64,000 bases of DNA from Dehalococcoidia bacterium. GTDB lineage: Bacteria; Chloroflexota; Dehalococcoidia; Plut-88900. The stretch is from assembly GCA_965197645.1 (NCBI GenBank), contig OZ240219.1:2848001-2912000 (forward strand), read 5' to 3'. The position numbers and the translations under genes are program-made. The notes beneath the pieces are model-generated. The model saw nothing but the letters and a program-made list of their open reading frames with translations, was not told the origin of the DNA and did not search any database. Positions within the stretch are counted from its first letter, which is position 1, and the number at the start of each line of letters is the position of its first letter. This document shows positions 8,087-19,305 of the stretch, in pieces.

Positions 8087-9409
8087 ATGGCCAAGCTGCG
8101 CATAGTCCACTATCTCAACCAGTTCTTCGCCGGTGTTGGGGGCGAAGAGGAGGCGAACACGCCTCCAGGCGTCAAGGCCGGCCCCGTCGGCCCGGCACAG
8201 GCTCTCCACAACATTCTCTCCACCGACGGCGCCGGCGAGATTGTCGCCACCGTCTACTGCGGAGACAACTACATCACCGAGCACGGCGAAGAGGCGCTGG
8301 AACAGCTACTGGGCCTCATAAAGCCTCTCGCGGCCGACGTGGTCGTGGCCGGGCCCTCCTTCGGTTCCGGGCGATACGGCCTGGCCTGCGGTCAGGTCTG
8401 CGCCGCGGTCAACGAGCAGCTGGATATCCCGGTGGTGTCCGGAATGCACAAGGACAGTCCGGGCGCCCAGGAGTACCGCACCTCAGCCTACATCGCCTCC
8501 ACCACCGAGACCGCCATCGGCATGTCCGATGCCATCGCCACCATGGCGAGGCTGACAACCAAGCTGGGCCGCGGCCAGGAACTGGGCCCCGCCGACGAGG
8601 AGGGCTACGTTCCTACTGGACGGGTCAAGAACGAGTTCTCGGACCGCACCATCGCCACCCGGCTGGTGGACATGCTCTTGAAGAAGGTCAAAGGCGAACC
8701 CTTCGAGACCGAGTGGCCTCTCCCGGCCATGGAGAAGATTACCCCCTCCCCTGCCTTGGCCGACCTGTCCAACGCCAAGATCGCCCTCGTCACCGAAGGC
8801 GGCGTGGTGCCCAAGGGCAACCCGGACAAGATACCCGGTGGCTGGGCCGAGCACTGGGCCCGGTACAACATCAGCGAGACCGAGAGGCTAAACCCCGAGA
8901 ACTGGCAGTCGGTACACGGCGGTTTCGACACCACCGACGTCAACCGGGATCCGGACAGGGTCGTACCCCTGGATGCTCTTCGGGACCTGGAGAAGGAAAA
9001 GGCCGTCGGCAAGGTCCACGACTACGTGTATACCACCGTCGGGAACCTGGGCTACGTATCCAACATGCGGAAGTTCGGCAAGGAGATAGCCAAGGAGCTG
9101 TTGGATGCCAACGTGGATGGGGTTATTCTCACCGGCACCTGAGGCACCGGCACCCGCAGCGGAGCTGCGATGGCCAAGGAGCTGGAGAGAGCCGGCCTCC
9201 CCACGGCATTCATCACCTCGATGGTGCCTCTGGCCCAGGGAATGGGCGCCAATCGGATAGTTCAGGGCAAGGCCGTCACCCACACCACGGGCGATCCCTC
9301 CCTGGTTCCCGAAGGAGAAAAGGCCTTTCGCAAGGGTCTGGTGGAAAAGGCCCTCAAGGCGCTCCAGACCGAGACCAAGGAGCAGGAGGTGTTCTGGGCG
9401 GAGGGGTAG
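8087..9409 (+). CDS. grdB: Glycine/betaine/sarcosine reductase selenoprotein B-like (440 aa, Sec at TGA 9140-9142)
   Basis: HYLNQFFAGVGGEE N-terminus. Track ORFs 8087-9142 and 9170-9409 share a frame and read through as VILTGT-U-GTGTRSGAAMAKELERAG, matching GrdB TSTUGTCTRCGATM. Confidence 0.9.
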
Positions 9410-9474
9410 AGACTAGGGCGACGCCTAAAACGTCACCACCCGGCTGCTAGGGCCTGTTCACACTCTCGCTTCCA

Positions 9475-9673
9475 ATGTCATTCCGAAACGGAGGGCAGCG
9501 TAGTGAGGAATCTATGGCCCATGTTCCCAGACCATTTTGCGTATCGTGTGTAGGCGGAACCGTTGGACCAGATGCGTAATCCCGAGATTATTAGGGTCCG
9601 CCGACCCTCCGACGGAATCGGGCCGTGATTCCCGACAACCCTCCTGGATTCCTCACTGCGTTCGGAATGACAT
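9475..9673. repeat. REP/MITE-like palindromic element between convergent genes
   Basis: Perfect 13-bp inverted repeat ATGTCATTCCGAA (9475-9487) / TTCGGAATGACAT (9661-9673), plus inner arms CGTAGTGAGGAATC / GATTCCTCACTGCG. Confidence 0.7.
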
Positions 9674-9714
9674 CTAAGCTCCACAGATGACTCGGGCCTT
9701 AATGTGAAGGGGCC

Positions 9715-10800
9715 CTATTCGAACATGATGACGCTTCGGGCGACGTGGGCCTCCCTCATGTCTTCGAAGGCCCTGTTCACGTCCTCCAGCTTGATCTTCT
9801 TGGTCACCATCTCGTCCAGCCTCAGCCGGCCCTGGAGGTAGAGCTCTATGTACTGGGGCATATCCACCCGGAAGGAGTTGGAGCCCATGTTGCTACCCTG
9901 GACCACCTTTTGAGTCAGCAGCATGGGCCCATCTATCTGGATCTTGGTCCCTTCGGGGATCATCCCGATGATGGTGGCCACGCCGCCGGTGTCCAGCATG
10001 TCGTAGGCCTGCTCAGCGGTCTCCGCCAGCCCTATGGCCTCGAAGGAGTAGTCCACGCCGCGTCCGCCGGTGATGCTCTTGATCTTGTCGACTACGCCGC
10101 CCGTCGAAGCGTCTACGACGTCCGTCGCACCCAGCTCCCGGGCTAGGCCCAGCTTAGTCTCCACGCCATCGACGGCGATGATCTGCGCCGCACCGGCGAT
10201 TCTGGCCCCCTGGATGGCGCTCATTCCCACGCCTCCACACCCGATCACCGCCACCGAGCTTCCCGGCTTCACCCGAGCGGTGCGCATTGCAGCCCCGACT
10301 CCGGTGGTCACGCCGCATCCGATGAGAGCCAGCACCTCCATGGGCACGTCGTCCCGCACCTTGACGGCGGCGTTTTCGTGCACCAGCATCTTCTCGGCGA
10401 AGGAGGAGAGATGCAGGAACTGATGGACCTTCTCGCCGCCCTTGCTGATGCGAGGGGTCTCGTTTCGCTTTCTGGTGAGGTCCTCCTGGCGGCAGTTGAA
10501 CGGTTGCCCGGCGAGGCACTTATCGCAGGCGCCACAGAAGACCGAGAGGCAGGTGATGGCCCTGTCTCCCGGCTGGAAGTAGGTCACCAGGTCTCCGACC
10601 GCCTCGATGGTGCCGGCTGCCTCGTGCCCCAGAATAGTGGGCATGGGATACCTGTATTTCCCTTCGACGAAGTGAAGATCGCTGTGTCAGACGCCGCTGG
10701 CGCCGGTGCGGATCACCACCTCCCGAGGTCCGGGCTTGTCTATCTCCACGTCCTCTATGGTCAAGGGAGCGTTGACCTCCCTCAAGACTGCTGCTTTCAT
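9715..10800 (-). CDS. Zn-dependent alcohol dehydrogenase (MDR), predicted selenoprotein, 361 aa, TGA at codon 38
   Basis: From ATG 10800 (GGAG RBS): MKAAVLREVNAPLTIEDVEIDKPGPREVVIRTGASGV-U-HSDLHFVEGKYRYPMPTILGHE, continuous with track ORF 9715-10644; TGA at 10689-10687. Confidence 0.88.
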
Positions 10801-10809
10801 CGCCTGCTC

Positions 10810-11895
10810 CTAGTCAAATACTATGATGCTTCGAGCCAGGTGCCCGTCCCGAAGGTCGTCCATCCCTTCGTTGATTTGGTCCAGCTTGATCCGCTTGGAG
10901 ATGATCTCGTCCAGCTTCAAGCGGCCCTGCCGGTAAAGCTCCATGTACCGGGGCATGTCCACCCGGAACCGGTTGGAGCCCATGTTGCTTCCCTGGATGC
11001 GCCGTCCATCGAGGAACGATGGTCCGTCCAGCTCCACCTTGGTACCCTCGGGGATCATGCCGATGACCGTGGCCGTCCCGCCCCTGTCCAGCATATCGAA
11101 GGCCTGCTGGGCCGTCTCAGCCTTGCCGATGGCCTCGAAGGAGTAGTCGACGCCGCGACCTCCCGTCAGGCTCTTCACCCTCTCCACCACATCGCCTCCC
11201 GATGCGTCTATAACGTCGGTGGCGCCCACCCTCTGGGCGTAGGCCAGCTTGTCCTCAATGGCGTCGATGGCGATGACACGCGCCGCGCCGCCGATGATCG
11301 CTCCGTTGACCGCGCTGAGGCCCACGCCTCCGCAGCCGATGACCGCCACGGTGCTTCCGGGCTCCACCCGGGCCGTGTTCAGGGCCGCTCCGGTGCCGGT
11401 TGTGGTGCCGCAACCGATCAGCGCCTGCACCTCTATGGGCACGTCCTCGTCCACCTTCACACCGGCGTTCTCATGGACCAGCATGTACTCGGCAAAGGAG
11501 GAAAGGCTCATCGCCTGGTGGACCTTCTCGCCACCCTTGTGCAGCCGGGGTTGTTCGCCCGGCCCTCGGTCAAGCCCCACCTGGCGGCAGTTCACCATCT
11601 CCCCTTGCAGGCACTTGTCGCAGGTGCCGCAGAACACCGAGAGGCAGGTAATCACCCGGTCTCCCGGCTGGAAGTAGGTCACCTGCTCACCCACCGCTTC
11701 GATGGTTCCCGCCGATTCGTGGCCCAGAATCGTAGGTGTGTCGTGTGTGTACAGACCGTCGACGTAGTGGAGGTCGCTGTGGCATACCCCTGTTGCGCCG
11801 GTCTTGATCAGGACCTCCCTTGGCCCGGGGTCGCTGACGTCAACGTCTTCAATCTCCAGCAACTCGAAGGGTTTATACATTACTGCGGCTTTCAT
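10810..11895 (-). CDS. Zn-dependent alcohol dehydrogenase (MDR), Cys form, 361 aa
   Basis: GVCHSDLH, GHE, CGTCDKC...C, IGCG and GCGGVG motifs. Confidence 0.95.
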   Translation of the reverse strand: MKAAVMYKPFELLEIEDVDVSDPGPREVLIKTGATGVCHSDLHYVDGLYTHDTPTILGHESAGTIEAVGEQVTYFQPGDRVITCLSVFCGTCDKCLQGEMVNCRQVGLDRGPGEQPRLHKGGEKVHQAMSLSSFAEYMLVHENAGVKVDEDVPIEVQALIGCGTTTGTGAALNTARVEPGSTVAVIGCGGVGLSAVNGAIIGGAARVIAIDAIEDKLAYAQRVGATDVIDASGGDVVERVKSLTGGRGVDYSFEAIGKAETAQQAFDMLDRGGTATVIGMIPEGTKVELDGPSFLDGRRIQGSNMGSNRFRVDMPRYMELYRQGRLKLDEIISKRIKLDQINEGMDDLRDGHLARSIIVFD

Positions 11896-11932
11896 ATCGA
11901 TCCTTTCCGGTAAGACCCTAGATGTTCATCCT

Positions 11933-13018
11933 TTAATCGAACACTATGACGCTTCGGGCTACGTGCCCCTCCTTCATGTCCTCAAAGGCCTGGTTCACGT
12001 CCTCCAGCTTGATCGTTTTAGTCACCAGCTCGTTCAGCTTCAGCCGGCCCTGAAGATACAGCTCAACGTACTGGGGCATGTGAACGCGGAACCGGTTGGA
12101 GCCCATGTTGCTACCCTGTATCTTCTTCTCGCTCAACAGAGAGGGCCCGTCGATATGGATGTCGGTGCCCTCGGGAATCATGCCGATGACCGTGGCTACG
12201 CCACCGTTGTCCAGCATGTTGTAGCACTGCTCCGCCGTCTCTTTGAGTCCGATAGCCTCGAAGGAGTAATCGACGCCGCGTCCACCTGTTATCTGCTTGA
12301 CCTTCTCCACTACTCCGCCGCCGGATGCGTCGATGACGTCGGTCGCCCCGAGCTGTTGGGCCAGTGCCAGTTTCGTCTCCACCGGATCGATTGCGATGAT
12401 CTGGGCCGCTCCGGCGATGGCGGCGCCCTGCAACGCGCTGAGCCCCACGCCACCCAGCCCCACCACTGCCACGGTGCTCCCGGGGCTTACCTTGGCGGTG
12501 TTCAACGCCGCCCCGACTCCCGTCGTCACCCCACAGCCGATAAGCGCGATCTCCTCTATGGGCACGTCGTCCCGGATTTTCACCGTCGCGTTTTCATGCA
12601 CCAGCATGTACTCGGCGAAGGTGGAAAGGCTGGAAAAGTGGAACACGGGAGTACCGCGAAGGCTGAGCCTGGGCGGTTCGTCGGGGCCCCGTTCCAGCCC
12701 TTCCCGCCGGCACAGGGCCGGATTGCCGCTGAGGCACTTATCACAGGCGCCGCAGAACACCGAGAGACAGGAGATTACGCGGTCGCCGGGCTTCACGTAG
12801 GTGACCAGATCCCCTACCGCTTCAACCGTTCCCGCCGCTTCGTCACCCAGGACCGTTGGAGTGGGACACTTGTACAATCCTTCCAGGAAGTGAAGATTGC
12901 TGTGTCAGACGCCGCTGGCCCCAGTCCGAATCAGCACCTCTCTGGGCCCCGGGTTATCGAAGTCGACATCCTCTATCGAAAGGGGGGTGTGCGCCTCGTG
13001 CATTACGGCAGCCTTCAT
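11933..13018 (-). CDS. Zn-dependent alcohol dehydrogenase (MDR), predicted selenoprotein with altered metal ligands, 361 aa, TGA at codon 38
   Basis: From ATG 13018 (AGGAG RBS): MKAAVMHEAHTPLSIEDVDFDNPGPREVLIRTGASGV-U-HSNLHFLEGLYKCPTPTVLGDE, continuous with track ORF 11933-12877; TGA at 12907-12905. Confidence 0.86.
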
Positions 13019-13239
13019 GAGTCATCTCCTCCTGAAACTCTGAGATAGCCAAACGAGACCTTCGGCAAAGACCGAGGGTACTGGCGAGAGTGTATTACCA
13101 TTCTCAAGGCCAGTCAACAAGCACGCACACGAGCGGATGGCGGGTGACGTGCGGCTTGATCCGCATCCCATAAAGCTCGCCCCACCCTCCCCGGCGTTGG
13201 TTTTCCCAACCACCCACCCTAGGAAGGTTATGATTGGTT

Positions 13240-13326
13240 GGGGGAACATCCCCTAGGCCCTCTACCAGAGTCAGGGCGAGGCCCTGCACCCATAACATGA
13301 GAGAAGAGAGGGCAACGTCCCGCACC
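13240..13326 (+). repeat. Dispersed intergenic repeat, copy 1
   Basis: GGGGGAACATCCCCTAGGCCCTCTACCAGAGTCAGGGCGAGGCCCTGCACCCATAACATGAG... aligns closely with the reverse complement of 19116-19202. Confidence 0.75.
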
Positions 13327-13555
13327 TATGGCAGGTAGAAGATAGTGCTGGCCTATGCCAAAGAGGAAAGGGGTTCGGGGTAGAGTCTTAGCAGGCCGAT
13401 GAAACACGTGGTGTGCAGAGGGGCGACGCCCCTTGTTCTTCCCCTTCCTGATCAGAAAAGGGGCAAAGGATATGGTCGCGAAAGCCGTGATGAGGGGACA
13501 GTGCCGCCGAGAGGCAAGTTGAGGGTAACCAGGGCATCCGCCCCGGTCCAAGACC

Positions 13556-14008
13556 CTACTCGGTGGTAACCGAGTCCTGGGACTGGTCCAGGGCAGCCTT
13601 GAGGGTATGCCAGGCCAGGCTGGCGCATTTCACCCGGGCGGGAAACTCCCGCACGCCGCTCAGTATCGCCAGCTTCCCCAGCTCGTCCATCGATTCCATG
13701 GGGTCGGTTTCTCCGGTGACGGTCTTGTGAAAGACGTCGAACAGCCGGGCCACCTCCTCCTCGTCGGTCCCCTTCACCGCGTCGGTCATCATCGAGGCGC
13801 AGGCCTTGGAAATAGCGCACCCGCCGCCTTCGAACCCGATGTCCTCGATGGTGCCGTCCTTCACCTTTATGTCAATGAATATCTCGTCTCCGCACAGGGG
13901 ATTGTAGCCCTCGGCGTGCCTGTTGGCGTCATCGAGACGCCGGAAGTTCCTCGGGCGCCGATTGTGGTCCAGCACCGTTTGCTGGTAAAGCTCTCCCAGG
14001 TCCGACAT
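13556..14008 (-). CDS. sufU: SUF system Fe-S assembly protein SufU
   Basis: LYQQTVLDH, GYNPLCGD, GCAISKA and RVKCASLAW motifs. Confidence 0.95.
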   Translation of the reverse strand: MSDLGELYQQTVLDHNRRPRNFRRLDDANRHAEGYNPLCGDEIFIDIKVKDGTIEDIGFEGGGCAISKACASMMTDAVKGTDEEEVARLFDVFHKTVTGETDPMESMDELGKLAILSGVREFPARVKCASLAWHTLKAALDQSQDSVTTE

Positions 14009-15279
14009 TAGCCAAACACCTCATTCACCTTGTCCAGCCCCTTCACCAGCGCGTCCACGTCCTCCTTGGTATTGTAGAAGGCGAAGGACGCTCTGACCGT
14101 CGCGGGGACCCCGAAGTGGGCCATTACCGGTTGCGCGCAGTGGTGGCCGGTGCGTATGGCAATCCCCTCGTAGTCCAGGATGCTCCCCACATCGTGGGCG
14201 TGTACGTCTCCGCATAAGAATGATACGACACTGGCCTTCTGCGACGCCGTGCCCACTACCCGCAGCCCGTCCATCGTAGAAAGCGACTCGGTGGCGTAGG
14301 ACAGCAGCTCCTGCTCGTAGCCCGCTATCTCCTGCCTACCGATATGCTCCACGTACTCCAGGGCCGCTCCCAGGCCTATCGCCCCTGCTACGTTGGGCGT
14401 GCCCGCCTCGAACCTGTGAGGTAAATCGTTGTAGGTGGTCTTCTCGAAGGTGACGGAGCGGATCATATCTCCGCCGGCCTGATAGGGGGCCATAGATCCC
14501 AGCAACTCTTCCTTGCCGTAGAGTATCCCCATACCCATCGGCCCGAAGACCTTGTGGCTGGAGAAGACGTAGAAGTCGCAGTCCAACTCCCGAACGTCCA
14601 CCGGGCCGTGGGGCACGGCCTGGGCCCCGTCTATCAGCACCGGCGCCCCGATGCTGTGGGCCATCTCGATAATGGATCTAACCGGGTTGACCGTCCCCAG
14701 TGCGTTGGAGACGTGGGCCATAGAGACCAGCTTTGTCCGCGGCCCGAGGAGCCGTTCGTACTCCTCCAGAACCAGTTCGCCGTCGTCATTGATGGGGACC
14801 ACTCTCAGAACGGCCCCCTTTTCCTCGCACAGCAGCTGCCAGGGCACGATATTGGAGTGGTGCTCCATCTCCGAGATGATCACCTCGTCTCCTGCGCTCA
14901 GGATATTCCTTCCCAGGCTGCTGGCCACCAGGTTGATCCCTTCCGTGGTGCCCTTGGTGAATACTATCTCCCTGACGCTTGCCGCGTTTACAAACCCCCG
15001 GACGATCTCCCGCGACCCTTCGAAGGCTGCCGTGGCCCGTTCGCTCAGCTGGTGCAACCCCCGGTGGACGTTGGAGTTGTAGCAGCCGTAGTAGTCCGTG
15101 ACGGCATCGATGACCCGCTGGGGTTTCTGGCTGGTGGCGGCGTTGTCCAGGTAGACCAGCGGTTTCCCATGCACCTTCTGGTGCAACGCAGGAAACTCCG
15201 CTCGAAGCCTCTTTACTTCCGCCTCGGTCAGAGAGGCGACGGCGGTCCGCGGAGCACCCGCCCCGTCGGGGCTACCCAT
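14008..15279 (-). CDS. sufS: Cysteine desulfurase SufS
   Basis: YLDNAATSQKP, SSHKVFGP, FEAGTP and RTGHHCAQP motifs; start is either ATG 15279 or GTG 15288. Confidence 0.95.
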   Translation of the reverse strand: MGSPDGAGAPRTAVASLTEAEVKRLRAEFPALHQKVHGKPLVYLDNAATSQKPQRVIDAVTDYYGCYNSNVHRGLHQLSERATAAFEGSREIVRGFVNAASVREIVFTKGTTEGINLVASSLGRNILSAGDEVIISEMEHHSNIVPWQLLCEEKGAVLRVVPINDDGELVLEEYERLLGPRTKLVSMAHVSNALGTVNPVRSIIEMAHSIGAPVLIDGAQAVPHGPVDVRELDCDFYVFSSHKVFGPMGMGILYGKEELLGSMAPYQAGGDMIRSVTFEKTTYNDLPHRFEAGTPNVAGAIGLGAALEYVEHIGRQEIAGYEQELLSYATESLSTMDGLRVVGTASQKASVVSFLCGDVHAHDVGSILDYEGIAIRTGHHCAQPVMAHFGVPATVRASFAFYNTKEDVDALVKGLDKVNEVFG

Positions 15280-16591
15280 TCGCCCCACCCTGTTTCTCGG
15301 CCACTACGTCCTCTATCAGCCCCCTGAGCTCTTGCATCTCTATTGTATCGACTACCTCTTGAGCGAACCCTCGGACCAGGAACCGTCGAGCATCTTCGGC
15401 GCTTACCCCCCGGCTGTTCAGGTAGAATACTGCCTCGTCGTCGAGCTGCCCCACTGTCGCTCCGTGAGAGCACTTGAGGTCGTCGGCGAATATCTCCAGC
15501 TGGGGCTTGGTGTTCACCTCTGCCCGCTCTGCCAACAGCAGGTTGCGATTGGTCTGGTTGGAGTCAATCTGGCGGGTGCCCTGCCGGGCCACGACCTTGC
15601 CATTGAACACCGCCTTGGACCGTCCGTCCAGTATCCCTTTGTACAGCTGCCGGCTGCGGGTGAAAGAAGCGGCGTGGTCGACGCTGGTGTGGTTATCGAT
15701 GTGCTGCCCATCGCTGGTGATGAACAGACCGTTGAGTGCGCACTCGCTCCCTTCGCCTTCCATGTCTACGTTGAGATCGTTCCGGCCCAACTTGGCGCCC
15801 ACGTCCAGCGAGAAGACGGAGGCCTGGCTGTCACGGGCCTGGTGTATCTGGATTGTGCCGATGTGGAAGGCTTCGACTCCCTCGCGCTGTAGTTTGAAGT
15901 GCTCCAGCCGGGCGTTCTCGCCGACAACCGCTTCGGTCACCGCGTTAGTGAACGAAGGCCCATCCCCGATGTAGCTTTCGATAATGGTGGCCTTGCTGCC
16001 CCTCTCCAGAACGATCAGGTTCCGTGGATAGGCGACCACCGCCCCCTCGGCGGAGGTGACAAAAATCAGGTGAACGGGGTTGTACAGCTCTACTCCGGCC
16101 GGAACGTGAACGTAGCCGCCGTCCTCCATGAATGCGGAGTTGAGCCCAATGAACCCGTTGCTCTCCAGGTCTGCGTAGCGGCCAAGATGCTTTTCAACTG
16201 TCTCGGAATCGACGGCCTCCGCGAGGCTGCCCACCGAGTCGTGAGCGATGGAAGAGAGCTCCTCATTGAAGACGCCGTTCAGGAAGACGAGGCTGCTCCA
16301 ACCGGGTTTGTCAACGGTCAACCCGTCGATTTCGGCTTCCGACAGGGCAACGCCGGTGCAATCCCGGGCATGGGCATACCGGGTTCGGCCTATCGGCGCT
16401 ACGTTGGTGTACTTCCAGTCTTCGTGCCGAGTCGTGGGAAATCCGTGGGCCTCGAATCGGGCGAATCCCTTGGCCCGAAACCGGCTGAGCCACTCCGGGT
16501 CTGCTGTATCGGAGCTGCTGCGGAATGACTCGAACTGGGACGTATAGGCCTCGTGTGCCCGTTGAACCTGTACCGTATCGCTTCCTGCCAT
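15272..16591 (-). CDS. sufD: Fe-S assembly protein SufD
   Basis: EDWKYT, KPQLEIFADDLKCSHGATVG and FYLNSRG motifs. Confidence 0.95.
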   Translation of the reverse strand: MAGSDTVQVQRAHEAYTSQFESFRSSSDTADPEWLSRFRAKGFARFEAHGFPTTRHEDWKYTNVAPIGRTRYAHARDCTGVALSEAEIDGLTVDKPGWSSLVFLNGVFNEELSSIAHDSVGSLAEAVDSETVEKHLGRYADLESNGFIGLNSAFMEDGGYVHVPAGVELYNPVHLIFVTSAEGAVVAYPRNLIVLERGSKATIIESYIGDGPSFTNAVTEAVVGENARLEHFKLQREGVEAFHIGTIQIHQARDSQASVFSLDVGAKLGRNDLNVDMEGEGSECALNGLFITSDGQHIDNHTSVDHAASFTRSRQLYKGILDGRSKAVFNGKVVARQGTRQIDSNQTNRNLLLAERAEVNTKPQLEIFADDLKCSHGATVGQLDDEAVFYLNSRGVSAEDARRFLVRGFAQEVVDTIEMQELRGLIEDVVAEKQGGANG

Positions 16592-16607
16592 CTCCAGTCG
16601 CCGGTCG

Positions 16608-17372
16608 TTACCCCGCCTTGACCTGCTCCCTGACCCAATCGTAGCCGTGCTCCTCCAGGTGCAGGGCGAGGTCCCTGCCGCCGGACTCCACTATCCGGCC
16701 TTCCAGCAGAACGTGGACGAAGTCCGGGGTGATGTAGTTGAGAATACGCTGATAGTGGGTGATCAGCAGGATGGCGTTGGACGGGGTGCGAAGCATGTTC
16801 ACACCGTTGGCCACGGTCTTCAGCGCATCGATATCCAGCCCCGAGTCCGTCTCGTCGAGGACCGCCAGGGTTGGTTCCAACACCGCCATCTGCAGTATCT
16901 CGTTGCGCTTTTTTTCGCCTCCGGAGAAGCCGTCGTTCACCGCCCGGTTGACGTAGCTGGAGTCCATGTCCACCACTTTCAGCTTCTCCTTGAGGACCCT
17001 GTAGAACTCCACCGCGTCCAGCTCCTCCAGCCCCTGGGCCTGCCGCAGGGAGTTGTACGCCGTCTTCATGAACTCGTTGTTGGTCACGCCAGGGATCTCA
17101 AGGGGGTACTGGAAGGCCATGAAGAGCCCTTCCCGGGCCCTCTCCTCAGGCAGCATCTCCAGCAGGTCCCTGCCCTTGTAGGCCACCTCGCCTTCCGTAA
17201 CGTGATAGGCGAAGTGTCCCGCCAGCACCCGGGCCAGCGTGCTCTTGCCCGAGCCGTTGGGTCCCATGACCGCGTGCGCTTCGCCCTCGTTGATCTGAAG
17301 GTCTATGCCCTTGAGTATCTCTACGTCTTCGACGCCTGCGTGCAGATTTCTGATATCCAGGATGGTCGACAT
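16608..17372 (-). CDS. sufC: Fe-S assembly ATPase SufC
   Basis: GPNGSGKST, GFSGGEKKRNEILQ and LDETDSGLDIDAL motifs. Confidence 0.96.
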   Translation of the reverse strand: MSTILDIRNLHAGVEDVEILKGIDLQINEGEAHAVMGPNGSGKSTLARVLAGHFAYHVTEGEVAYKGRDLLEMLPEERAREGLFMAFQYPLEIPGVTNNEFMKTAYNSLRQAQGLEELDAVEFYRVLKEKLKVVDMDSSYVNRAVNDGFSGGEKKRNEILQMAVLEPTLAVLDETDSGLDIDALKTVANGVNMLRTPSNAILLITHYQRILNYITPDFVHVLLEGRIVESGGRDLALHLEEHGYDWVREQVKAG

Positions 17373-17378
17373 GGCTAT

Positions 17379-18824
<1,446 letters not shown>

Positions 18825-19115
18825 TCTCGCTCTTATCTGCCCCGCGCTAGGTGCGGGCCAACTTTCACGTTTCCCTCTCGATCCGTTTACGTCCCTTTAC
18901 ATGAAACACGGGTCGAGCTTGACGATGTTTCTCCACCGATCCAGCCCAGGCCCGATATTGCTCCAATTCGGTTCAGGTCCATTATACCGCCTCATTTATT
19001 ATAACGTTTCCTCTAATAATTACCACTAGATATTAACTCGGTTTGCACACCCTTTGTTCTATCGACCTGAAAAACGGCGTTTTGACGGGTGGTGAGGAGC
19101 CTGCGGATGCAATCC

Positions 19116-19202
19116 GGGGCGGGGCTTCGCCCTATCTTCACTCATGCTATGGGTACAGGGCCTCGCCCTGCCTCTGGCAAGGGGGCTGGGGGATGTGCCT
19201 CC
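19116..19202 (-). repeat. Dispersed intergenic repeat, copy 2 (inverted relative to copy 1)
   Basis: Reverse complement GGAGGCACATCCCCCAGCCCCCTTGCCAGAGGCAGGGCGAGGCCCTGTACCCATAGCATGAG... matches 13240-13326. Confidence 0.75.
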
Positions 19203-19305
19203 GGCCCCCTTTACATTTTCCAGACCCTATCCGATGATGAAAGCGAGCCGGGCATACCCCTCTGCAGCGTGGCCCTGCGCTGGCTGGGAAAGGAGCACAT
19301 AAAAC

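Noticed and set aside
9170-9409. 79-aa ORF as an independent gene
   Set aside because: It is the in-frame C-terminus of the GrdB-like selenoprotein.
9715-13018. The two TGA-containing ADH genes as nonsense pseudogenes
   Set aside because: The same codon is affected in two diverged paralogs that have identical full length, intact RBS and starts, no other lesions and a downstream hairpin. Disfavoured, though not formally excluded.
10378-13048. Long plus-strand ORFs (511 aa and 414 aa) and similar antisense ORFs across the window
   Set aside because: They are shadow frames opposite well-supported genes in GC-rich DNA, with no recognisable motifs.
18980-19050. AT-rich stretch upstream of sufB as a Fur/IscR/SufR site
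   Set aside because: Probably the promoter region, but no convincing palindrome or consensus could be assigned.
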